Source: an uncultured Acidimicrobiia bacterium (GTDB taxonomy: Bacteria > Actinomycetota > Acidimicrobiia > Spongiisociales > UBA5794). From it: a stretch of DNA of 64,000 nt. The stretch lies in NCBI GenBank assembly GCA_963708235.1, contig OY970200.1:3223479-3287478 (forward strand), in the 5' to 3' direction. The notes below the pieces were generated by a model. That model ran no database searches, was not told the DNA's origin, and saw only the letters and a program-made list of their open reading frames with translations. Shown here piece by piece: positions 57,321 to 64,000 of the stretch; positions within the stretch are counted from its first letter, which is position 1, and each line of letters begins with the position of its first letter. The translations under genes and the position numbers were made by a program.

Positions 57321-58072
57321 GCCTTGTCGTGTTGTGTTCGGCGCATGCTTCGCCCGGTGTCACCACGGCAGCGTTGGTGCTGGCGGCGGCGTGGCCACCG
57401 GATCGGGGCGGCGCCGTGGTGGTGGAGGCTGACCCTTCCGGTGGGGTGATCGCGGCCCGGTTCGGGCTGGGTGACACTCCCGGTCTGGCGTCATTGGCGG
57501 TCACAGCCCGCACCGGCGTCCCTCACGACGTGTTGGCTGGTCATGTCCAAGAGTTGCCCGGTGGCCTGCCGGTGGTGGCTGGGCCGGCGACTCCGGAACA
57601 GGCCGCGATGGTGCTCCCCGATGTCACCCCGGTGGTGGTGTCGATGTCGGCGACGTTCGATGTCGTCGTTGATGCGGGACGGGTCCTCCCCGGGTCACCG
57701 GCGATGGGTTTGTTGCGGGCGGCGGACGTGGTGTTGGTTGTGGTGCGCCCTTCACCGGATCAGCTGCGACCGGCCGCTACCCGACTCGAGGCCCTCCAAC
57801 GCAGCGGCGTTCGTGTGGCGGTGTGTCTGATCGGTGACGGACCGTACGGGGCGGAGGAAGTCGCCGCCGTGCTCGGTGTCGAGGTTCTCGGGGTGTTGGC
57901 GTGGGATCCCCGTTCCGCCGATGCTCTCACCGGCACCGACACCCCGAGGCGTGGATTGCGGCACATGCCCCTTGCCCGATCGGCCGCCACCCTCGCCGAG
58001 CACCTCACCGTTCGTCTCACCACCACCGGACCGGTTGCCGAAGACCGGCAGATGACGGGAGGGATGCGATGA
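57317..58072 (+). CDS. tadZ: TadZ/CpaE-like pilus assembly protein (degenerate ParA/MinD ATPase fold)
   Basis: ATGA overlap. The deviant P-loop region is CSAHASPGVTTAALVLAAAW with a ParA-like fold length. It sits immediately upstream of cpaF. Confidence 0.55.
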   Translation: MSLVVLCSAHASPGVTTAALVLAAAWPPDRGGAVVVEADPSGGVIAARFGLGDTPGLASLAVTARTGVPHDVLAGHVQELPGGLPVVAGPATPEQAAMVLPDVTPVVVSMSATFDVVVDAGRVLPGSPAMGLLRAADVVLVVVRPSPDQLRPAATRLEALQRSGVRVAVCLIGDGPYGAEEVAAVLGVEVLGVLAWDPRSADALTGTDTPRRGLRHMPLARSAATLAEHLTVRLTTTGPVAEDRQMTGGMR

Positions 58073-59367
58073 CCCCGGACCCGGTGTTGGTGGCACAGGT
58101 ACGCCAAGCCGTCACCGATCGTCTCACCGACCAGCTGCAAGGCTCGGGACCGGTGTCGGTTGATGATGAGCGGGAGCTGACCCGGTCGGTGATCGCTGCC
58201 GAGTTGCGGCGTATCGCTGAGGACGCCTACCGCAACGGCGCCGCACCGCTCGCTGCGGAGATGGAGTCAGCGGTCGCCGATGCGGTGTTCGACCGGTTGT
58301 GGGGTCTGGGCAGGTTGCAGCCGCTGATCGACGACCCGGGTCTGGCCAACATCCACATCAACGGCTGCGACAACGTGTGGTTGGTGTACCGCGACGGCAA
58401 CAAAATCCCCGGCCCGCCGGTCGCTGACACCGACCGGGAACTCATCGACGTGATCTCCGCTGCGGCCCGACGGGTAGGACGGTCCGAGAAGCGCTGGGAC
58501 CAGGTGTCGTGGGAACTGCATTTGCAGCTCGCAGGCGGTGAGCGTCTCCACGCCGTGATGGGTCTCACCGGACGCCCCGCGGTCACGATCCGCCGCCACG
58601 ACTTCTCCATCTCCCGCATCAAGCACCTCATCGACCTTGGCGTCATCGACGACGGCTTGGGCGAGTTCCTCGCCGCCGCGGTCAGAGCGAAACTGAACGT
58701 GATCGTCGCCGGCGGCACCAACACCGGCAAGACCACCTTGTTGCGGTGCCTGCTCAACGAGGTCCCAGCGGAGGAGCGGGTGATCACCGTGGAGGACAAC
58801 CTCGAGCTCGGTCTCGAGCGGTTCGTTGATCTGCATCCGGATCAGGTGTGTTGGGAGCGGCGCACCGCCAACATGGAAGGTCACGGTGCCGCCACCCTGG
58901 CTGATTGTGTGAAGGCCACGTTGCGCCAGAACCCTGATCGGGTGATTGTTGGTGAGATCCGTGGTGTCGAGGTCCTCGACATGCTGCGCGCTATGTCCCA
59001 GGGCAACGACGGGTCAATGTCGAGCATTCACGCCGATTCCTCCAAAGGCGCGCTGGTGCGCCTGGCGATGTACACCGCTGAGGCCGGGCTCGATGAGGAA
59101 ACGTCCAACAAGTGGATCGCCAACGCCGTTGATCTGATCGTCCACCTCGGCTGGGTCGGCACCACCCGCAGGGTCACCTCGGTGCGGGAAGTCCTCGAAG
59201 CGGACGCACGCCAGATCGCCACCAACGAGATCTACCGGCCCGCACCGGACGGCCGCGCCGTTCCCGCACCGGGTCCCACCATCCGCAACGGCACCCTCGA
59301 ACGCCTCGCCGACGCCGGGTTCGACCCTCACCTGCTGGCCAACCCCGACGGGTGGTGGGGACCATGA
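58069..59367 (+). CDS. cpaF: Tad/Flp pilus assembly ATPase CpaF/TadA (secretion ATPase superfamily)
   Basis: The start is set at MTPDPVLVAQVRQ (ATGA overlap). Walker A VIVAGGTNTGKTTLL and Walker B RVIVGEIRG are present, with Asp and His boxes. The 56-codon upstream extension is junk. Confidence 0.85.
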   Translation: MTPDPVLVAQVRQAVTDRLTDQLQGSGPVSVDDERELTRSVIAAELRRIAEDAYRNGAAPLAAEMESAVADAVFDRLWGLGRLQPLIDDPGLANIHINGCDNVWLVYRDGNKIPGPPVADTDRELIDVISAAARRVGRSEKRWDQVSWELHLQLAGGERLHAVMGLTGRPAVTIRRHDFSISRIKHLIDLGVIDDGLGEFLAAAVRAKLNVIVAGGTNTGKTTLLRCLLNEVPAEERVITVEDNLELGLERFVDLHPDQVCWERRTANMEGHGAATLADCVKATLRQNPDRVIVGEIRGVEVLDMLRAMSQGNDGSMSSIHADSSKGALVRLAMYTAEAGLDEETSNKWIANAVDLIVHLGWVGTTRRVTSVREVLEADARQIATNEIYRPAPDGRAVPAPGPTIRNGTLERLADAGFDPHLLANPDGWWGP

Positions 59368-60227
59368 CCCCCCTCACCGCCGCCGGAATCGGCGCCGCCG
59401 CCGGGGTGGGGATCTGGCTCGCCATCTGCTCACTGCGAGGTATCCGGGTCATCCCCCACGCCCGGGACCTCGTTCCCGACACCATCGCCGCCGAACGAGC
59501 CGCCGTGTGGCTCACCGGAGCACTCGTCGGCGGGTTGCTGGTCGGGTTGGTGACCGGGTGGCCCGTCGCCGGGTTGATGACCACAGTCGGGGTGCTGCTC
59601 GGGCCGGCGGTCCTGGGAGGGAACCGACGCCGCCGCGACGACATTGCGGTGGCCGAAGCGGTTGCGACATGGACCGACATGATCCGAGACACCATGGCCG
59701 GCGCCTCCGGTCTCGAAGAAGCCCTCGTCCAAACCACCCGCGTTGCCCCCACCGCGATCAAGGCACCGCTGCGGGCGTTCGCCACCCGGTTGCGGCACCA
59801 GTCCCTCGACGACGCCCTCGCCTCGTTGGCCCACGACCTCGACCACCCATCGGCTGATCTGTTGGTGGCGGCGCTGGCGTCCGCCGGGCGACTCGAAGCC
59901 CGCGACCTCGGTGGTCTACTGGGCAGGCTGTCGGAAGCGATCCGTGGCGATGTGCGGATGCGGGTCCGTATCGACATCGGCCGGGCCAGGATCCGCACCT
60001 CAGCCAAAATCGCTGCCGGAACCACCGCCGCCACCATCACCTTCCTGTACCTCTTCGCCGGACACCTCCTCGCCCCCTACGACACCACCGCCGGGCAACT
60101 CTGGCTTCTGGTCGTCGCCGGCGTGTTTGTAGGGTCGGGGGTGTTGCTGCGTCACTACAGCAACGTCGACATCCCCGACCGGTTCACCCTCCGCACCACC
60201 ACCGACACCCCGGAGGTTCGGCGATGA
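59364..60227 (+). CDS. tadB: TadB (type II secretion system F-family inner-membrane platform protein)
   Basis: ATGA overlap. Three TM segments in a GspF-like domain arrangement. Position after cpaF. Confidence 0.7.
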   Translation: MTPLTAAGIGAAAGVGIWLAICSLRGIRVIPHARDLVPDTIAAERAAVWLTGALVGGLLVGLVTGWPVAGLMTTVGVLLGPAVLGGNRRRRDDIAVAEAVATWTDMIRDTMAGASGLEEALVQTTRVAPTAIKAPLRAFATRLRHQSLDDALASLAHDLDHPSADLLVAALASAGRLEARDLGGLLGRLSEAIRGDVRMRVRIDIGRARIRTSAKIAAGTTAATITFLYLFAGHLLAPYDTTAGQLWLLVVAGVFVGSGVLLRHYSNVDIPDRFTLRTTTDTPEVRR

Positions 60228-61132
60228 CGCTGTGGGTGGCGATCCTCGCCGGCGCCGGATTCGGACTCGGCCTCATCCTCCTCGCAAGGGCGCTACGGCC
60301 GAGGCCGGTCCCGCTCGCCGACGTGTTCGCCGACCTGCAACGCCCCCGCACCCCAACCACCACCACGCCTGCTCCTGGTAGGGGGTGGCGGGGTGTGATC
60401 GGGTTGGTGGAGAAGGTCGGGCTTGTCGACACCGAAACGCTCACCCGTCGGCTGCGGATCCTCGACACCACCCCCGAACAGCACGTCACCACCAAACTCA
60501 CTGTCGCCATAGCCGGAATGGGGATCCCAGTCCTGTTCGCCGCCGTGCTACGCCTCGGCGGCATCACCGTGCCGGTGGGGTTGGTGACAGTGGGTGCTGT
60601 TGTCCTGGGGACGGTTGGGTTCGTGTGGCCCGATGTGGGGTTGGCGGATCGGGTGGAGCAGCGACGGCGGGGGTTCCGTCACGCCCTTTCGGCCTACCTC
60701 GACCTGGTCACCGTGATCCTCGCCGGTGGAGGCGGCCTCGAAACGGCCCTCCATACTGCAGCGGAGGCCGGCGACGGCTGGGCGTTTGCGGAGATCCGCC
60801 ACGCCCTACACCGTGCCCGGTTCACCGGCCAGACCCCATGGGACGTCTTCGACAGCCTCGGCCGGGAACTCGGCATCGACGAACTGTCCGAACTGGCGGC
60901 ATCGGCGCACCTCGCCGGTGACCAGGGCGCCCGCATCCGCACCACCCTCGCCGCCAAAGCAGACACGATGCGCGCCCACCAAACCGCCGCCATCGAAGCC
61001 GCCGGCGAAGCAGCCACCGAAAAGATGCTGCTCCCCGTCGTCGGTCTCGTCGTCGGGATGATCCTGTTCATCGGATACGGCGTCGTCGAAGCCATCTCCA
61101 CCCCCGACCCGACCTCGCTCATCCAACCCTGA
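60224..61132 (+). CDS. tadC: TadC (type II secretion system F-family platform protein)
   Basis: ATGA overlap. GspF-like domain with TM segments (LTVAIAGMGIPVLFAAVL..., LLPVVGLVVGMILFIGYGVV). Confidence 0.7.
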   Translation: MTLWVAILAGAGFGLGLILLARALRPRPVPLADVFADLQRPRTPTTTTPAPGRGWRGVIGLVEKVGLVDTETLTRRLRILDTTPEQHVTTKLTVAIAGMGIPVLFAAVLRLGGITVPVGLVTVGAVVLGTVGFVWPDVGLADRVEQRRRGFRHALSAYLDLVTVILAGGGGLETALHTAAEAGDGWAFAEIRHALHRARFTGQTPWDVFDSLGRELGIDELSELAASAHLAGDQGARIRTTLAAKADTMRAHQTAAIEAAGEAATEKMLLPVVGLVVGMILFIGYGVVEAISTPDPTSLIQP

Positions 61133-61161
61133 CCCGTGTTCCCGGAAGGAGGAACCAACCC

Positions 61162-61383
61162 ATGACCGTCTACATCACCTACCTACAAGCCCTCACCGCA
61201 GACACGCTGCGGCGGATGGGCCGCGACGTGTACGACGAAGAGACCGGCGCCATGTCCACCGAAGCTGCGGTCATCACCGGTGTCCTCGTCGCGGTTGCGG
61301 TCGCTGCGGGGATCATCCTGATCGCCAAGATGCGATCCAACGCCGAAGCCATCCCCGACGTCGTCACCCCACCCGGCAGCTGA
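61162..61383 (+). CDS. flp: Flp-family type IVb prepilin
   Basis: 73 aa. DEETGAMSTEAAVITGVLVAVAVAAGIILIA fits the Flp G/xxxxE(Y) processing motif followed by a hydrophobic helix. GGAAGGAGG RBS upstream. Confidence 0.7.
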   Translation: MTVYITYLQALTADTLRRMGRDVYDEETGAMSTEAAVITGVLVAVAVAAGIILIAKMRSNAEAIPDVVTPPGS

Positions 61384-61385
61384 CC

Positions 61386-61778
61386 ATGCATCAACGGACG
61401 GTGCGCAACGGCGAGGCGGGGGTGACCGCCACCGAACTGGCAGTGCTCATGCCGGTGGTGATCGCCCTCGTCCTCGTCCCGTTCCAGGTCGGGTTGTGGT
61501 GGCACGCCACCCAGGTCGCCCACGCCGCCGCCCAAGAAGCCGTCGACGCCATCCAAGCCCTCGACGGCACCGAAGCCGACGGCATTGCCGTGGCGACCTG
61601 GTTCTTGGACCAAGCCGGGCACCTCACCCACAAGCATGTCACCGTGACCCGCAGCGACGAAACCGTCACCGCGGAGGTCACCGGTGTCGCCCCCAGGTTG
61701 CTGTTCGATTGGTCCGTCACCGCCACCGCCATCGGCCCTGTCGAACGATTCACGCCAACCATGGAGGCCGATCCGTGA
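61386..61778 (+). CDS. tadE: TadE-like pseudopilin/minor pilin
   Basis: The N-terminus RNGEAGVTATELAVLMPVVIALVLVPFQVGLWW is the TadE family motif. Confidence 0.7.
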   Translation: MHQRTVRNGEAGVTATELAVLMPVVIALVLVPFQVGLWWHATQVAHAAAQEAVDAIQALDGTEADGIAVATWFLDQAGHLTHKHVTVTRSDETVTAEVTGVAPRLLFDWSVTATAIGPVERFTPTMEADP

Positions 61779-62206
61779 CCGCTGGGAGGCGGGCGTTGGG
61801 TGAGGGGGGTGCGGTGTCGACCGAGCTGGCGGTCCTCACCCCGGTCCTGATCGGGTTCATGCTGTTCGCCGTGTACGCCGGGCGGGTGACACAGATGGAA
61901 GCAGACGTCGCCAACGCCGCACACGAAGCCGCCCGCGCCGCCACCCTCCACGCCACCCCCACCGGTGCCATTGACGCTGCCGAGGTCACCGCCGCAGCGA
62001 ACCTCACCCACCGGGGAGTGTCCTGCGGTGAGCTCGTCGTCGCAGTAGATATCGCCGCGTTCAATCCGGGTGGGCAGGTGGCGGTCACGGTCACCTGCCA
62101 CACCTCGATGGGGGACCTGGCCATGCTGGCCGTGCCCGGCGCCCGCACCTTCACCGCCTCAGCGGTCGAGGTCCTCGACACCCACATCGCCGGGGGTGAC
62201 ACATGA
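61775..62206 (+). CDS. TadE/TadG-like pseudopilin (second)
   Basis: GTG start overlapping the upstream stop. GEGGAVSTELAVLTPVLIGFMLFAVYAGR has the same N-terminal motif. Confidence 0.65.
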   Translation: MTAGRRALGEGGAVSTELAVLTPVLIGFMLFAVYAGRVTQMEADVANAAHEAARAATLHATPTGAIDAAEVTAAANLTHRGVSCGELVVAVDIAAFNPGGQVAVTVTCHTSMGDLAMLAVPGARTFTASAVEVLDTHIAGGDT

Positions 62207-62607
62207 TGCGTCTGCGGTTGGGTGAGTCGGGTGCGGTGTCGACGTTCCTGGCGGTGATCGCGGTGGCGTTGGTGATGGCCGGTGGGCTCGCCGTTGACGG
62301 TGGCCACAAGGTCGCAGCGTTGCGTGAGGTCACCCACATTGCGGACAACGCCGCCCGCGCCGCCGCTCAAGCCATCGACACCGACACCCTCCGGACCGAC
62401 GCCACCGTCGCATTGGACCCGGATCGGGCGGTCGCCGCCGCCGAGCAGTACCTGGCGTCGGTCGGTCACACCGGCACGGTCACCATCGAAGCCGATCGGG
62501 CGACCGTCACGGTGACTCTCACCGTGCACCCCCGGCTGCTACCGACCGGGCCGATGACCGTGACCGCCACTGAGACCGCCACCGCCCTCAGCGAGGACCC
62601 CTCATGA
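62203..62607 (+). CDS. TadE/TadG-like pseudopilin (third)
   Basis: ATGA overlap. GESGAVSTFLAVIAVALVMAGGLAVDGG. Confidence 0.6.
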   Translation: MMRLRLGESGAVSTFLAVIAVALVMAGGLAVDGGHKVAALREVTHIADNAARAAAQAIDTDTLRTDATVALDPDRAVAAAEQYLASVGHTGTVTIEADRATVTVTLTVHPRLLPTGPMTVTATETATALSEDPS

Positions 62608-64000
62608 CCCCCAACCCCCGACGTATCACCGACCTCGTCAAAGGCCTCGTCACGTTCGTTGCGGTCACCGGGTTCATGATCGCGATCCCGGTCGGGCTGA
62701 TCCGCTACATCGGATGGCCGGTCCCCACCGAGCTACCGACCCTCGACCAGGTGGCCATGGGGCTGCGGTCCAGCCTCGACCCGCAACTCGTCATCAAGAC
62801 CCTCGCCGTCCTCGTGTGGCTGGCATGGGCACAACTCGCCATTGCCCTCATCGTCGAGACCGTCGCCGCCATCCGCGGCCACGCCTCCCAACACGTCCCG
62901 CTCCTACCCGGCCTTCAACAACTCGCTGCACGGACCGTCGCAACGATCGCGGTCGTCGCCGCCACCCTCGGCCCGGCCCGCGCCCCCGCAGCGTTCGCCG
63001 AAACCAACCCGCCCATCGTCTACGAACACACCACCCCCGCCACCACCACGGGGCAGGCAAACATTTCTGGTGCGGTGCCGGCTGAAGCGGCGGTCGTCGC
63101 CCATCACGTCGGGTACACGGTGCAGCGGTTCGACACGCTGTGGGACATCGCCGAACGCACCCTCGGTGACCCCACCCGCTGGCGCGACATCCGCCAACTC
63201 AACACCGGCCGCACCATGGCTGACGGCACCCAGTTCACCGAACACACCGACCACCTCACCGCCGGATGGGAACTCCACCTCCCACCAGACGCCACCCTCC
63301 CACCAACCGACGACGACGCCGGGCCCGGCGAAACCGGCAGAACGGTGCTCGTGGAGAAGGGCGACCACTTCTGGAGCATCGCCGGAGACACCCTCAGCGA
63401 GGCATGGGGCCGGGAACCCGCCACCGACGAGGTCGCCCCGTACTGGCAGTCGCTCGTTGCCGAGAACCGGGACCAGCTCGCCCCGCCCCACCACCCCGAC
63501 CTCATCTACCCGGGCCAGACCTTCACTCTCCCGCCGACACCGCCCGACCCCGCCAACGGGCATCCACCGTCGGTCAGCGCCCCCGGGGAAGTGGTGGTCG
63601 AGCGCGGCGACCATTTCTGGGGCATCGCCGAAGACACCCTCGCCGAGGCGTGGGACCGGGAACCCGCCGCCGACGAGGTCGCCCCGTACTGGCGGTCACT
63701 CGTCGAGGCCAACGGCCACCGGCTCCGGGCATCGCGCGACGCCAACCTCATCCACCCCGGCCAGGTGTTCGAACTCCCCGCCATCCCCGACGACCCGACG
63801 AGCGAACACCCCAAGAGGCCGACCGACACCTCCCAGGACAACCCGGCGGCGCCGCCCGACGAGCCACAGGGCGGGCCACGCAGCGACTCACCCGATCCCG
63901 CCGACGAGGCCACCACCGGCACGGAAGATGAGAGCCACGTCGTCGACTCGACGGCGCCGGCGCCCCGCGCCACCACACGTGTCGACACGCACCAGGACAA
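62604..64000 (+). CDS. membrane-anchored protein with three LysM-like repeats (partial; continues beyond window end)
   Basis: ATGA overlap with the previous gene and a clean high-GC3 frame to the window end. It is absent from the ORF track because there is no stop in the window. Two N-terminal TM helices are followed by three repeats (YTVQRFDTLWDIAERTLGDPTRWRDIRQLN, VLVEKGDHFWSIAGDTLSEAW...YPGQTF, VVVERGDHFWGIAEDTLAEAW...HPGQVF). Confidence 0.65.
   Translation, partial: MTPNPRRITDLVKGLVTFVAVTGFMIAIPVGLIRYIGWPVPTELPTLDQVAMGLRSSLDPQLVIKTLAVLVWLAWAQLAIALIVETVAAIRGHASQHVPLLPGLQQLAARTVATIAVVAATLGPARAPAAFAETNPPIVYEHTTPATTTGQANISGAVPAEAAVVAHHVGYTVQRFDTLWDIAERTLGDPTRWRDIRQLNTGRTMADGTQFTEHTDHLTAGWELHLPPDATLPPTDDDAGPGETGRTVLVEKGDHFWSIAGDTLSEAWGREPATDEVAPYWQSLVAENRDQLAPPHHPDLIYPGQTFTLPPTPPDPANGHPPSVSAPGEVVVERGDHFWGIAEDTLAEAWDREPAADEVAPYWRSLVEANGHRLRASRDANLIHPGQVFELPAIPDDPTSEHPKRPTDTSQDNPAAPPDEPQGGPRSDSPDPADEATTGTEDESHVVDSTAPAPRATTRVDTHQD

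Larger units (their letters stand above)
23273..64000. mobile_element. putative integrative conjugative element or genomic island inserted at the 3' end of tRNA-Phe, continuing beyond the window end
   Basis: A sharp change in gene content follows the tRNA: lower-GC ORFs, an Xis-like HTH, an ArdC-primase, VirB4, VirD4, a MobF relaxase, an RM/defence operon and a Tad pilus operon. A tRNA 3' end is the classic integration site. No integrase or second att repeat is seen inside the window. Confidence 0.6.

Noticed and set aside
63266-63931. 221-aa plus-strand ORF, plus 62714-63085 (plus), 62904-63614 (minus) and 63506-64000 (minus)
   Set aside because: These are alternative-frame or antisense ORFs over the clean high-GC3 LysM-protein frame that starts at 62604.

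Overview
This window is a high-GC (about 70%) actinobacterial-type chromosomal segment that splits into two parts. (1) Positions 1 to about 23270 are core genome. They carry a window-truncated ATP sulfurylase (sat), a DivIVA-domain protein, ATP-dependent PEP carboxykinase, a class I fructose-bisphosphate aldolase, a phosphohexomutase and a TRIC/UPF0126 channel. They also carry two tandemly duplicated secreted S15 (Xaa-Pro dipeptidyl-peptidase) paralogs with matching promoters and hairpin terminators, and an FtsX-type ABC exporter (two permeases plus one ATPase). An HNH endonuclease is followed by an IS110-family insertion sitting in a REP-like repeat cluster; the same repeat family forms a 144-bp x ~6 tandem array upstream of sat. 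The remaining core genes are an SDR epimerase, an acetyl-CoA synthetase with a 1-nt frameshift, an alpha/beta hydrolase, a PD40 beta-propeller lipoprotein, and tRNA-Asp(GTC) and tRNA-Phe(GAA). (2) From the 3' end of tRNA-Phe (about 23273) to the window end lies what looks like an integrated conjugative element. It contains lower-GC cargo genes, an Xis-like HTH protein, an ArdC-primase fusion, a type IV secretion module and a MobF relaxase. It also contains a Tad/Flp pilus operon that ends in a LysM-repeat protein running off the window. No integrase is visible inside the window. The most unusual feature is an 8-gene minus-strand defence operon inside this element (39721-50419), mostly joined by overlapping stop/start codons: NYN nuclease, HTH-fused N6-adenine methyltransferase, single-TRD HsdS, HsdM, Mrr-like endonuclease, HsdS, HsdR and a C-terminal PD-(D/E)xK nuclease that looks Shedu/DUF4263-like. 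A 30-35 bp TGGTGAAC-containing repeat element recurs in the divergent promoter regions of both the primase and the relaxase (candidate oriT or regulator sites). At least four genes show frame breaks, and the three I could localise sit at G/C homopolymers, so these are probably sequencing indels rather than true pseudogenes. All functional calls come from reading the translated sequence. No database searches were run.
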